Source: Lobosporangium transversale (Eukaryota). From it: 64,000 nucleotides of DNA. The notes under the pieces are model-generated. The model was not told the origin of the DNA. It did no database searches and saw only the letters and a list, made by a program, of their open reading frames with translations. Below, in pieces: positions 38,912 through 54,322 of this stretch (the first letter of the stretch is position 1; every line of letters starts with the position of its first letter). The translations under genes were made by a program, and so were the position numbers. The stretch lies in contig NW_019028996.1 of assembly GCF_002105155.1 (NCBI RefSeq), positions 62,001 through 126,000 of the forward strand, given 5' to 3'.

Positions 38912-40324
38912 TTATGACTTGACAATTGACTGGTATGCAGGACTAGCGTTTTCATATTCTGACAGAAGTAGATCTTTATGATTCTTCTGCATCCACTTAA
39001 GAATATCAACTAGATTCTCCCGCAACGCATTGATCGAGTCTTGATCCATCTCTGTATGTGCAATCAACATGGGAAATTGTACTAGACACAGCCAAAAAAC
39101 GGAGCAATAAATAAATCATGTCACATAATGTATGCATGTATTTCACTTGGCGACAGAATCAAGATGTACAAAAAAAAAAAATACCAAATAGACGGAGTAA
39201 ATGTTCGCCACCATAAATCTCAGAGTCCTCTTTGCCCACGTTCTTTTTTCGAATATCAACATACTGCTGGCGTTCGAACCGGTATAGAAGCATGTTCCCA
39301 AGACATTTATCGAAATATGTCTTGACTCCTGACAGGACCTCTTGAAAAATCTCATCATTCTTACTAATGGATCCAAGCACATGGAAAACATACCACAAGG
39401 GGAAAAAAAAGAAAAAAAAGAATAAATGTCGTGGCAGTCATGTCAGCAGACAATGTGATGTCGAATATTACTGGATGGTCTGTTTTAGTAATTATAGGGA
39501 TCTTGTGAATTCATACGTCTTTTTGTCTTTCTTTGAGTCCCTGTACATGTCCAGAATCTGAACCACATTCGGTGTCCTTGGAAGTGGCACGAGCTATTCC
39601 AAGAGCCAAAATAGAATGGGTAAGTTTGGCCGCCTATTTAATGATCTTTGGCCGTGTATAAAGTCGATAGTTATTCACCTGATGGTTCTTTGTGATATTC
39701 TCCCAATCATCAACGAGCTGAGTCTTTAGAGAGTCTGGAATGGGTACTTTGATCTCTGGTCTCTTAATAAAATCTTCCTCTTTGTCCACACTAGTGTCCT
39801 TGGCTCGCTTTTTCCCTCTATCTGAGCTCTCAGTGGATCCTGATGTCTTTGAAACTGTCTTTTTTTTACCAGGGTACGACTCCTTCAAGCTTGCCTGTTT
39901 TGCAAGATTAGCTTCATTCCATTTGAGAGCGCGCGATTCCGGTACCCATTCATCCCAGCTATCAATATTTGGACGTAGGGGGGAAAAAAAGAAGAAAGCC
40001 GATGAGTTTGGATCTTGATAAAAAGTGGTGACAATATCCATACACAAAAGTGAATAGTGCCTCACGTTTGCTTCCAGCCGCGGTAATGAACAAGATATAC
40101 AGGGCCTTCTTCACCATGTGGGTCAAGACTTCTCCAATCCGTTTTCAAAATCTATGTTTTGAGTGGTGTGGTATTGAAGCATGAGTATCGCTGCGTTGCG
40201 TGTCCTGAAAGTATGCTGAACGTGGTGTCACTCTAACCCTTACTTTAGCCTCATACAACAATGGGCCATGGAAACAGAGTACTGTTTCATTGGCCTCGAA
40301 GGACATCTGTCGTTTGTTTGTCAT
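38912..40324 (-). CDS. EAF3: Chromodomain/MRG protein (Eaf3/Alp13/MRG15), multi-exon
   Basis: MTNKRQMSFEANETVLCFHGPLLYEAK, YLVHYRGWKQ, WDEWVPESR, LKTQLVDDWENITKNHQ, YFDKCLGNMLLYRFERQQY, IYGGEHLLRLF. Stop TAA at 38914-38912. Confidence 0.95.
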
Positions 40325-40557
40325 TATGCCGCGCTGTAACCACTTGCTGGAAAGAGGTCTATTTCAATGTCGATTTAATGTATTGGATTTGGTAATTAGT
40401 CAACCAACTGCAAAGAATGTTGATTTCTCTAAACTGAATAAAATGGTGTCCGCCTTTTTAGTGGCTGAGCAGAATAGTTGTTTTTTGTCCGTGCTTGAGA
40501 TCACTTTTTTTTATTTTTTGAAAAAATAAAATTTTGTAAAAACAATCAGAGCACAAC
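40325..40557. promoter_or_regulatory. Probable bidirectional promoter between EAF3 and TRM8
   Basis: The head-to-head start codons are only 233 bp apart. Confidence 0.6.
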
Positions 40558-41976
<1,419 letters not shown>

Positions 41977-42308
41977 TAAAAATTACATGTAAATTAGTCT
42001 AAATCACGCTTTGCCACCATCAAAATTTATTGGCTGCATATTTACGGATAGGAAAGGTGTAATGACCAATTGATCCTTAATCGTCACCAGTTAAAATAGC
42101 AAAATAGCCAATATCACATGATATTATATTAATTAATTGTTTTTCTTGGCTTTCATATCATAATGTACCAATCCACCAATCCACCAATAAGGTCAACAGC
42201 CCTTTTCTTCTGCTCGAAGACAGCCTTTCTCTCCCTCTTATCATTTTCCATTACTCAGCTCGTACTTATAAAAAAGTCTCTTCATTTACTTGTTCATTCA
42301 TTCAAAAG

Positions 42309-42540
42309 ATGGGACTATTCTCCAAGCAAAGTGCCATCACCACCCAAATTGGTAACAGACTTGTATGGAAAGGAGATGTACTGCGCGAAGCATACCACAC
42401 CACCAACTGCACAGGTGCTGACTCGTGAAGATGTTTTTTTTTGCAAAACAGATGTCATCACGGGCTTAGCATCCATTACGAACTGGGACCAAGTTGTTGT
42501 CCTCTGTGAGACTGTCAATGCTAAAGACGATGGGTAAGGT

Positions 42541-42576
<36 letters not shown>

Positions 42577-44727
42577 CTTGTACCGTACTTGGAAAACGAT
42601 GAACATAGACATTTCAGTTAATTACAATAGCCGCTGACATGACCTTCTGTCGCTCATCTCGATTTTCACGGGTGTATTCTCTGCCCCAATTACAAATCCT
42701 AAACCTTTAAACACAATTTACAGAGCCAAAGAAGCGTCCAAGGCTTTGCGGAAGAAGTTGCGTTTAGGAAGGCCACAGCAGCAAATGAACGCCATTACAG
42801 TGAGTGGAACAATACATTTCATGGCGATGTATTCCATGACCTTGAGTTACTTTCTAACTTTATTTTATTTTATTGTATTCAGTTGATCCAAGCCATGGTT
42901 GATGGCTGCGGGTCAAAGTTCAAAGGTATCTTTATGGCACCATTGCGTTTTTTTATCTTTCTATTTTTTTATTTTGTTTTATTTAGAAAAATCTTGCTAA
43001 TGCTATTTATGCCTTTGTCCTTTCTTGTGCTCACAGCCCAATTAGCGACCTCCAAGTTTGCTGAAGATATTGAGACTGTGATCATTGCAGATGTATGGAG
43101 CCTAGTGGATAAATGTGATGTTTGCTACCTGCCATTGGTGGCGAATTAACCGAGCTGATGAATTTTATTTCTTTTCCATATCCGATTTCTTAGGCCACTG
43201 ATGCTAATGTGAAGATTCGCCTCATGGAGCGTCTGGAGGATTGGTCTGTGACATTTGCCACAGATCCAGGTCTTGTCATCATCCCACAGCTTTATTACAT
43301 GCTCATTAAGAACAACACTCCACGAAGTGTAAGAGAACCTTGAACAGAGAGGGAAATCCTTGGTCAGCGCAGTCCACATTATTTTCTGAAACATTATATT
43401 TTCTATTGCATAATTCTATAGAACAATAGTCGGCAAGGCCCTCCTTCACCGACGCGTGCTCCCATCACCCCAGAACAGGTAAATGTTATGAACTACATCA
43501 CCGTCTTTGCATTCCTTTTACGAAAAAAAAAAAAAAAAAAAAAGTTTGTTCAACGCTAGAATATTCATCACACCTATGTACTTGGGGCGAAATAGCAAAT
43601 GAGACAGATGGCACAGGATATTGAACTTGCAAGAAATAATGCACATATGTTAATTGAGGCCGTTTCATTCGCAGATCCTGAGCTGGAGGCCATCGAAGAG
43701 AATGAATTAATCAAGGTAGGCCAGAACGAACATCCAGGATGATGCATGATTTTTTGTTCTCTTGTCCGTCTACCAATAGGATGAAATTCAATTGTGCGTA
43801 CGCTTAACTTTGAACCACTTCGTGCCGTTGTAGGAATTCCACTCCAAATGTTTAACTCTCCAGCGCGGAATCCAGCAATATTTGTCCGAAATGACCGAGT
43901 CAGCAAATCCTAATGAGCAATGGCTAAGTATGTTTGAGAGTACAATAAGTGGGAATTCTATAGGAATAGCGCTCAGAGAAAAAAATTCTAATATAGCTAA
44001 CTCTAACCTCTTTTTATTTATTATGAAACTAAGCATCACTTCTGGCCTGCAATCAGGAGTTAGTCCAAGCTTTCACTGCATACAACCAAATGATGGAGCG
44101 TCAGCACATGAATAAGGTCACGAAAGTGTCGGCGATGACGGACGTTGTACCTAACCGGAGCCCTGAGAACGCACCCAGAAGCTCTCAAGATTATCAACAG
44201 GACTTGATGTCGTTCAACGATATTGATGCCGCTGGGGTTGGCAAAGGGCGCAGCAACAGCTATGAATACAATAATGGCAATGGAGCTTCAGTTAGTAATG
44301 GCAAGGGTGCTCCTACCAGTTACAATGGACCATCAACACATGCATCCTCAACAGATCCTTTCTCGGACGAACCCTATTTTGTTACTGGGCCTGTAGATGT
44401 TGCTACAGCAGTAAAGATGGGGTATATTATATTTCCCTTAAATATTGAATCTTCAGGTGCTGCATTACGAACATTCAAAGACCTTGGAATACTAACACCA
44501 TACGTCATCTTTTTCTTTGTCGATGATCCAGAAAAAGAGCGGATAATCAGGACAAGATTTTTGATGCATCAGCCTATTTTCGACAACAGCAACTGGAACA
44601 GGAGCAACTTCAGGCACTGAAGGAAAGCCAGCGTATCCTTCACGAGCAGCAGCAGCAGCAACAGAGTGATAGTGGATCTAGCCAAACCGCAACAAGTAGC
44701 TCAATCCCTGTATCGACACTCCATTGA
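42309..44727 (+). CDS. VHS-GAT endocytic adaptor (Lsb5/TOM1-like), multi-exon
   Basis: MGLFSKQSAITTQID..WDQVVVLCETVN..GAKEASKALRKKL (VHS); DIELARNNAHMLIEAVSFADP..ENELIKEF..LLACNQELVQAF (GAT). Tail motifs DLMSF and DPF. Stop TGA at 44725-44727. Confidence 0.85.
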
Positions 44728-46503
44728 AAATTCTATCAACTTATTAGTCGAATTGCCTTTTTTTTTTTTTTTGTACAGAACGTGTCCCTTCCGAGTTTAA
44801 ATTTACTACTTAAAGCTCATCAAAAAGGTTTCGAGATAGTCGAGTACTAAAAATTAGTGTAAAAGAGGGAGACAAGCCAAGTGAATTAATCCTTAGATAT
44901 GCAAGCATATGAAGTCTTGGAACGAGAGAAAAGACTGTGCCAGGCATTTAGCTTTAACTTGCTTTTACTTTAATATTAAGTGGCGGTAAAACACTGCAGC
45001 TGTGAAACCTATTTTGATGGTCGCACAAAATAATGAATTTTAGATTCACAAACGCGTATAAAAGATAATAAAAAAAACAACCCTCAGAGATCGAAGAGGA
45101 TTTGATGGTTTAAAGCAAACTTTGTGAGGACTTTGTCACCAATCTACCTCCTCTGGGCAGATGGCAATGAGGAGGATAAAAAAAAAAGCCAGACCCTAGA
45201 ATTAACACAATTGACAGTACTACAATTACATTAGCAACAATCTCCAGCTTAGAAATGTCTCCAACCACAAAACTGTCAAAGAGCAGGATGGAAAGGTTAT
45301 AGCTTATCTTACTTGTCCCACCTCCTCGGGTCTGATCTCCAGGATATAGTGGTAGTCGGGTTGAAACTCATCAGCTATATTGTGACAGCTGCAAGACATT
45401 CATGCATAGAGATGCTATGGCAGGCATAACTTTCGCAACATTGTTGAGAGCCATCAATTATCAAGGGCGGCCATCCTATATGGACAACAAAATCAAGAGG
45501 AGAGCCAAGCTACAGGGGCTGAGTACGCGTGACGTTGCGTGGCCGTTTCTAGGGGTTTGTGCTGTATTCAACAATTACAACACAGTCACTACGCTATCCA
45601 CATCCGCCGTTCTTTGTGTTAAAGAAAAGGTAAAAAATAAAAATAAAAAAAATAAAAAACTCGAAATCTTACGTGTCGTTGAAGTTCTCCATCCCAAAGT
45701 ATGTTGAAAAATAAGGAAGGTTCTTGAAGAGAGTCGAGAGTCCGGTGCACTTATTTTAATTTGATCTAAGGATTCTCGCTACAATTAGAAAAGGTTGTAC
45801 TAATGAATAGTCACTGAAGTTGTCATATTTTTCTATTACGAGCACCAGTAAGAAAATCTCTATTAAGCAACAAAGACATATAGATATGTATGATAACGTG
45901 ATGCTCTAGCTCCTTTCCAACTTGGGAACTATTGAAGCATAGGTGTAGAGACCTTTCCCCATTGCTCCACGACATAAACGACTTGGATAAACATAAGAGC
46001 CGTTCCCCGCGGTGCAAGACAAAAAAGTAAATGTTCTAGTTTGTCAGTGAGCGTTCATGCATTGTATATATATACATGGACATATATATGCTGCTACTCG
46101 CAAGCCTTAAGAACCAGCGCCTCCACATTCTTTTTCAAGAAACAATTTTGACCCAATAAAGCGTGGTACAGCATATTAATATTGCTCTGAAGGGCAATAG
46201 CCAAATATGGCCAATGTCTACTTGGCACCCTCTTTTTTTGTGGGACCTTCACGAATTTTTATAAACAAATTATATAACAGATTGTGTGCATGTTTGTTTG
46301 CGTTACAAATATCTGACTTAAACTTAATCTGTTTTCCAACCAAATTTCAAAAGTGAGCCAAAATTTATCCGGGTCATGACAAATATGTATTCAAAAAAAA
46401 AAAAATCTACATCTTCATGTCCACTGTATTCGATTATATAACGTTGGCCATAAAGTTTTGTAGCATTGGCGATGCGCTCTTGTACAATTTGTCCTACTCT
46501 TTG

Positions 46504-46534
<31 letters not shown>

Positions 46535-48302
46535 CTGTGCATCGCGTTTTTGGAAGACATGAGTGTGCCAAAATGGATCAAACGAATGTGAGTATGTTCA
46601 TGAAATATACAACACATAAAAAACCCTCACCTTCATCTACATACAACCCACATCCTCTAAACACTATAAGAATATCTTGATTATCAATTCGGTCTACTCT
46701 GACGATGATGCATGAATCCTTGATGCTTTTCTTTTAAGACATATTTATGACTGGATACAGCTTTCAATGAGATATTTGATTGCTGGTCATACGTGCACAA
46801 CAGGACAACAAACGCTATGCTACTCTAGATTTGAACTAAAAGCACGGCAGCTGAAGCCTGGGTCATCAAAGAAATGACCGTTGAGATCCTGGCTTCGGTG
46901 AATCGAGCTGAGGTTATGAGGACTAAAATCAGAATGACGGTCACCAGACCCAAGTGTCTACTTGCGACTGAATGGCTATAGAAGAAGATAGTGGTTCTGA
47001 TTTTAAGGATCTATTTACTCCTTAGACCATTTTAAGTCATACTGGACATGGCTAGACATTGATATCTCAGTTCTGAGCTGCATATTCAAACTAACTTTGG
47101 CGATAATGAGCTTTAAAGTGAGGGAAAGTTCCGAGAAAAGTTGGAGAGCGAGGGCATAACTTTAATTCTTCCACAAAGGAATACGAGTCTTTCCTGGAAG
47201 GCTGCGATCGCAAAAGGAAGTGTGCAATCTCAGCCAAGCAAAGCCCAAATCATTGAAGAAACAGTCAAAAAAAAAAAAAAAAAAAAAAAGAAACTACTAG
47301 ATGATTGAGCTATCAATGCGTGCTTCGTGGATATGGAAGAAGCAGGAGGGTTTCTATTGATGGAGCGGGATTTGATCTATATTCGATCCACAGATTTGGA
47401 TGGCTATGAAAGAGTGTGGTAGAAATATTAGTGTCGTTGGCGCTATTCCATCTACTCGCTTTCAAGTGACAGGGTTCGCCATCATTCCCAGACAATGAAC
47501 CAGATCGATGCTTAAGAACCACGATCGTGGTCGTAACGATCATGTGGGACGTCCAACATTTATACATGATATTTCTTTCTAATAGACAGCGCAAAAACCT
47601 TAAGTCGCCACAGGGTAGGGGGTTCGTTGAGAATTCAGTCCACGTTTGACAATGTCTTCCTCTTTATTCAGTCTTATTGAGGAACGTTAGCCCAAGATCA
47701 AATCCCTTTCAAAAGATGCCATCTTGAATCCAACAAGACAATATACTCAGGCCCATGAATCAATTCAAATTAAATATTCGAAAGGGTTGTCAGAACTGGA
47801 TAGAAAAATCAACCACACTCTTTCCAAAAGGGCCTCAAGAAAGAGATAACCTTGCATTTTTCACTTCAGATCAATGGTTTTGTGAACCCAGACAAAACAC
47901 TTTAAAACACAAAACAAACAACAAACAAAAAAGCAAACAAGCCCAAATAAGCGTTCCTGGGTTGGGAATGTTAACCTTTTTCTAAATGGATAATCGCATG
48001 TGAATGACGAATATTTGCAGACAGAGAGCTCCAATCACACCATCCCCGTACAAAAAATTTGTGTTTGATTGGGTGATAAGCTGTATCCCACACTAATATA
48101 TAATTACTACTTCTTTTGAGCTGTCCTGCTACTGTTCCTGCGCCATTCTTTTTACATATAAAAAAAGTGTACACCCGTCATTCTTACATCTCTTTGCCCG
48201 CCTCTTCTCTTCCCTCCTTCCTTTCCTTTCTTTCTTTCCACTCGGTCAGATCGGTTTTTTTTTTTCTCCTTTGTCCCTTTCTTCCTTCAGTATTCATTAA
48301 GC

Positions 48303-50466
48303 ATGGACAATTCTGAGAAAGGCCATGCGGCTAGCTACAATGAGGACGAGGCCCGTCTTGCCGCGGTAGGCTTGCTTTCACTCACTCACTTTATATTTTG
48401 TTTCCACTTTCTTTATTTGTCATTGACATGAAGGTCAATAATAACAACAACTGCAACAAAACAGAAAAGATGAACTAATAATATATTGTTAAACCTCCAT
48501 TTGCTCTAATGGTATTACTTTAGTTGGGCTACAAGCAAAACATGAAGTAAGTGAAGTGTGTTGTGTGGTATGTCCTGGAAGAGTGCACCGACAGCTCGGA
48601 ACTGAGACAAAAAAATTTTTTATTTTTATTTTTAGGCGTCAATTTACTGGGCTTCAGAACTTTGGATTCACGCTGACTAACTCTTCAGTCCTGATCGGGA
48701 TTGTGCCTCTGTTTGGCTTCGGTTTGAAAACGGGAGGACCCGTGGTGGCCATCTGGGGTTGGTTGCTTGTCGCCTTCTTTGTTATGTTTATTGGCTTGGG
48801 CATGGCCGAGATTTGCAGTACCTTCCCTACTGCTGGAGGTCTTTATTTCTGGACCGCTAAGCTGTAAGCGAAAAAGGAAAAAAAAAAAATGCACCTTAAA
48901 GGTTAAAAACAATTTTTCATACCTCCTTACTAAAGGGTTTTTCTTTCTTTTTCCTCCCTCTTTCGTAGTGGAGGTCCAAAGTGGGGCCCAATGTTCTCTT
49001 GGTATGAGGCGTGGTTCAATATGCTTGGTCAAGGTTTGTGCACGATCTTGCCGTATTAAAAACAAATGGCTTATTGATTTCTCGCACACGAAGCTTACTT
49101 TTTTTATATTTATATTTGCACGTGTGTAAATTCCAGTGGCGGGATGTTCGGGGTCTGTTCTTTCTGCAGCAACATTTATGAACACATTGATTTCTATCTG
49201 GCAACCAGAATATATTCATGATGGCAAGAAGGACTTTTACATCATGGTCGCATTGATGATCACTGCTGGCATTGTCAACACTGCAGGAGGTCGCGCCCTC
49301 AAAGTGGCTTCTTTGGTTTCAGTATTTATTCATATTGTCGGCACTATCGTGATCATTATCGTGGTCCTTGTAGGCGCCCCTACGCTACAGTCTGGCAAGT
49401 TTGTATTCACAGAATTCAGAGATTACACCGGCTACACAGCAAGCAATGCGAGCCCTGTTTTTGTCTTCATGCTTGGTCTCTTGCAGTCGCAGTGGTCCAT
49501 GCTGGGATATGATGCGTAAGTTACTTTTTATTTTTATTTTTTTCTGGGGCAAAATAAGAGAAAGGGCAAAGTCAAGAGTCGTAAGAAAGAGAAGAATAAG
49601 TGTGCTAGACATTGACTTTCTTTTAATATTTTATCAGGTCCGCTCACATGTCTGAGGAAACCGAAAAGTCCTACGTCAATGGTCCCCGTGGTATTCTCAT
49701 GTCCATCTTTGCTTCTGTCATGATTGGTCTCGGCCTTGCACTAGCCCTGACCTTTGGTATCCAGAATTATGAGGATACTTTCAATAGTGTATCTGGTGCT
49801 GCTCCTCAGATATTCTTGGATTGTGCAGGCAGGAAGGGTGGTAGTGTCTTGATCTTCATTATTGTCTTTGCCGGGTTCCTTTGCGGTGTTGCCACGGTTG
49901 CTTCCAACTCACGTATGCTTTACGCATTTGCTCGTGATGGTGGTTTACCTTTCTCCTCCTACTGGGTTGTGCTTAACAAGCGCACTCAAATGCCTCTGCG
50001 CTTAGTCTGGCTTTCAGTCATTGTCATCATCATCCTCGCCTTACCTTCACTTGGTTCCACCGCTACCTTGAGTGCTATCTCCGGTATCTCCATCATCGGC
50101 TTTACCACCTCATATGCCATCCCCATCTTGCTTCGCATCACTGTCGGCTCTTCCACGTTTGTCCAACGTGAGTTCAACTTGGGTCGCTTCTCTAAGCCCA
50201 TTGGCTGGATTGCCTGTATCTGGACTGCCTTCATTTTCGTTATTTTTAACTTGCCCCAGAAGTGGCCTGTCAATAACATGAATGAGTTCAATTTCACCCC
50301 TGCCGCCGTGGGTTTCTTGCTTGTCTTCACTACTCTGACCTGGTTCTTGTCCGCTCGTCATTGGTTTAAGGGCCCAGTCTCCGAGATTGCCCTCCAGGAG
50401 CTCGATGGCATCGTGCCCGCCAATCTCGATGAGAAGCGTGAGGCAGATGAGGAAATTAGGCAGTAA
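48303..50466 (+). CDS. Amino acid/GABA/choline permease (ACT subfamily, Uga4/Hnm1-like), multi-exon including a micro-exon of about 23 nt
   Basis: DEARLAA|LGYKQNMK|RQFTGLQNF, GGPVVAIWGW, MAEICSTFPTAGGLYFW, GYDASAHMSEET, SRMLYAFARDGGLPFS, WFLSARHWFKGP. Confidence 0.93.
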
Positions 50467-50601
50467 TATCCTTTATTATTCTCACATTTAATCACCTTGT
50501 AAAGTATCTCAACATACCCTTTTTCAAAAAACTGTGCTCCATAGTACCATATATTCAACATATTGGCGCAGCATTTTATTAATATGATAGATTTATGTAT
50601 T

Positions 50602-50646
<45 letters not shown>

Positions 50647-50700
50647 GAAAAGAAAATAAAATAAAAAAAAAAAAAAACGAATTGTGTTTTATTTAATTTT

Positions 50701-53700
50701 TCATCCAGGGTAGAATTGACCCATATTTGCTGCGAGGGTGTTCAGGCGCATTGTTAGGTCGAGAACAATGCCTTCCAAACGATCATTGTTCAGGCGCAGA
50801 GTATCAACTTCTGCCTGCATGTATTCAAAATCATCTACCGATACATATTTCTTTGGATCAGGCAGAGCCATTCCTGGAAAACCCCCTGCAACCCCTGCTG
50901 CTGCCGCTGTAGCTGACGATGATGATGGAGAAAGTGGTATAAATTGGTTTGCTGCTGGGTGAAACCGGAACAGTTGATTGGGATCTATCGTTAATGATCG
51001 TGGTGAATTGTTGCTGTTATTGCTGGTTCCAGGATAAGGAATAGAGTGTGACCTTATTCCATTCGTAAATGCTCCGGTATCGCTTGATACAGCCGCGTTG
51101 CTAATGGTGGGTGAGTATGATGCAGGAAAGGCTCTAGGGAACGTTTGACCGGGAGACGGTGGTGGTTGCGAAGTTAAAGAGTGTGTTCGTGCGTGTCCCT
51201 GACTATGAACGCTACCGATACTTCCTCTGTGAGATGGTTGCTGCATAGGCACTGGGGACCCAACTATTTGTGTTGGACTGCCACTAACTGTGGTATCCAT
51301 AATGGGTCGAGTGGTGCTTGTCCTGCGTGAACCAGCTACAGTATGATCGTGGAGCTGTTCATGAAAGCTCGCCCTTTTTGTGCTCTTCTTCGGTGGCTTT
51401 TCAATCCGATTGCCATCTTCATCATATTGGACCTCATAGTCTTCATCTTCCTGATCGCTCTTTCCTGTATCTGTATGCGCATTTGCTGGTAGCTCGAGTG
51501 TCAGAGACTTGACTTGCTTCTCAATACTAAATATTTGAATTCAATAAAGGAATTAAGAGATTTCGAAATTAATAATAATAATAAAAAAGACTACCACACT
51601 AAAGCATAATTCATAAATTGAAGACCTCGTACCTTGTGTTCGAGTTGCGAATGGACTTAAGTTCTTCTTCTAATTTCTGAATCCTTTCAGTCAGAGTGCG
51701 TATCTCAATGGTTGTCTGTTCCTTTTCCTCAGAGACCTGCTCATCTAATTGCTTCAACCCTTGGTCAAGCTCCTGTTTTAAGTTGTCAATTTGATCTCCC
51801 ATCTCTTCAATTTCCTTATGAATTAGCTCCTGAGCCTCGTGTAGTGGTAAGCTATTCTCCTCCAATGCGAGAATTCGACCCTGAAGATACTGTAGTTTAA
51901 TCGAAACTCGTCCAAATGCCTTTTGGACTTTCAAATTCCTGAAACGAAGCTGCTCCACACCCAGGCGGGTATCTAGATTCCGCGTTCTATATCCTCGCCT
52001 ATGGAAAATAAAATACGGATATAATATCAGCAGCCAGATAATTGATACAAAGGCCATTTCATTGCTTACCATTAACGGGTAAAGAGACTAGATCTACTTC
52101 GTACCATCTTGCTTGAATAATGGTAGCAGCCCTCATGCCTTCTCGATAGGCATGAACTCTTCTCCTGACTAAATAGCTTCTGAAAACCGCCTGAAGCTTG
52201 ATCGCTGCAATTGTATCTTTCTGAGCTAAATATTTAAGAACGAAGTATCATGATGTTTTGTTGTTAAGATCTATACGTCACATTATTGAAATATCAAAGT
52301 ATAGGATATCATTTATTTCGCTTTACCTCCGAGGTCTTCCGTGACCAGTAACGATGCCTTTGGTGCACTGATTCTCTCACAGCTCTGATAAAGCTCTGCT
52401 TTCGTCAAGTATTTCAATGGCTTGACTGATCGTTTTGGATTCCTATGCCATGAAAAAGCTCGCTGTTTCTTAAGCTCTCTTCGAACCTATTGTCGTTGAT
52501 AGAATATTAGTTAGGGATTTTGAATATAACTGTACATAGTTGCATCGTCCAAAATCATTCGAATATCTATTTAAAACAGATCAATAGGTTCACTCTTACC
52601 AAACATCCTCTCCACCATGCCTGAATCAAAATTGTTGCTGGCTCATATTGCTCAATTTGCAGCTGAACAAGTCCTCTCATGAACTTGCGCATTTCTCGAA
52701 CCTGCTTTTGCAGTTTCGTTACTTTGTATTGAAGCACTGGGATATCGTCACCCTCTAAATAAAAGGATAATTAGATTTTACTTATATCAGATAATACTGG
52801 CTCAATGTAAGCCTCATTAAAATAAGATGCTTTTATATTTTGATGATACCTTCTGAATATTGCTCAAGATAAACTTGTTCGTCCTGATCATCCACAGGGA
52901 TAAATTCTGTTGTCGAGTTGAGGTAAATAGCATCGTTCACGTTGAGATCATGGTCCATCGATGTAACTGAACTGTAAGATTGCTGCTCCACAAGTGATCC
53001 ATCCTGATGTTGCACAAAATAGCTGACTTCATGCCCATTTTTTTCAGAATATGCTGCAGGAATGATGGAACAATTTTGCTCATCATTCTCCTATCAACGT
53101 AGAAATTTGTTAGTTTGTTATAATATTTAAACTAATAGCGCTTTACAAGAGTGCAAGATGCTATAGACTTACAGTATCTCCATGGCTACTGTTTTTAATC
53201 GAAAGATGCTTGCTGATTGAGCTATCATGTACATCATCTACAACTGGGGTTTTAGCTGTTTAATAGAATGCGAGACCTTACAGAATAAACATCATGAAAT
53301 CCTGTGGCTTTACCTGCAGAGCGGTCAATAGACTGTAGAGAGTCGACAAATATTGTCGTTTCCTTCTCTTTCTCTACCACCAAGAATCATAAACATAGAC
53401 AGAACTTAGTAACAATCCTCGAATGGAAGTCTATGGTAAGCAAGGTATCATTTATACAAGATAGCTCGGCCATCGCTATGCGATGTTCTGTTCACTCTAT
53501 ATACTTGTGAGAGATTAACTCACCTGAATCGAAGACTTGGGTAGTGATTGTTTGGCTGTCCAGCGAGGCAAGCATCGACGGCGACTGAGAAGGAAGGATG
53601 GCTGTCTTGTCATTATCCCCTTCTTCCCGTTTTTGCGCTGATAAGGGCGGGCTAGGAGGGACGCTAGTATTATGATTAGATTGGTTCGGGTTAGAAAAAG

Positions 53701-54322
53701 CAAGCTCCTCAATGACTGTATCTGTAGTCATTGCTTGTCGTTCTGCAGGGAGAAGAGGTGTTGTCGGGACTCTGGATGCGTCAGAAGGAACTGTATCCTG
53801 CTGGGCGTGGTGCCTTGCACTAATATCGGAGGCGAATGCAGCTTTGGATGGCGTCAAAGTCAAATTTGCAGACAACTAAAGTGCAAAGTTCAATTGCGTA
53901 GGAGGAATTGTAGGATGACCAGCAAAAAAAAAAGAAAAAAGAAAAGGAAGGGAATTTCTAGTTAGTTCTTTTTGTATTGACCATGGGAGTAAGAGGTGGG
54001 GGAAGAAAAAAAGGAGATAGTCACTCGCATTTGCCACTTCTTCAGAGCAAAACGAGAACAGAGCCCGAGATGGTAACACTGTTTAGAAGCTGAATGTCCC
54101 AGACTTTTTTGGACTTACTTCGCCCTGCATGTCACCTACAGAGGATGAGCTAGCGATGGATCTGGTCGAGTGGGCGCGTGTCTGGACGAGTGACGAGACT
54201 GAAGCGGAAGCAGAAGTAGAGGATGAAGGTGGAGGGAAGATTTCTTTGGTTTGCGAGCGTGTGGCCTGACGGTCATCTTTTTTTTTCTTGCTTCCAAATA
54301 GCCCTTTGATGCGTGCACTCAT
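50701..54322 (-). CDS. IQ-motif (calmodulin-binding) coiled-coil protein, multi-exon
   Basis: Exons splice in frame from MSARIKGLFGSKKKK. IQ motifs: ATILIQAWWRGCLVRRE, AAIKLQAVFRSYLVRRR, AATIIQARWRGYRTRN. These are followed by a coiled coil, an S/P-rich region and a C-terminal coiled coil. Confidence 0.8.

Noticed and set aside
13681..40324. Functional chromatin cluster (PAH protein, Elongin-B-like, EAF3)
   Set aside because: The genes are separated by unrelated housekeeping genes over more than 20 kb; nothing in the sequence supports co-regulation.
47840..48085. GATA words upstream of the amino-acid permease (possible nitrogen regulation)
   Set aside because: Too few and too short to distinguish from background in AT-rich DNA.
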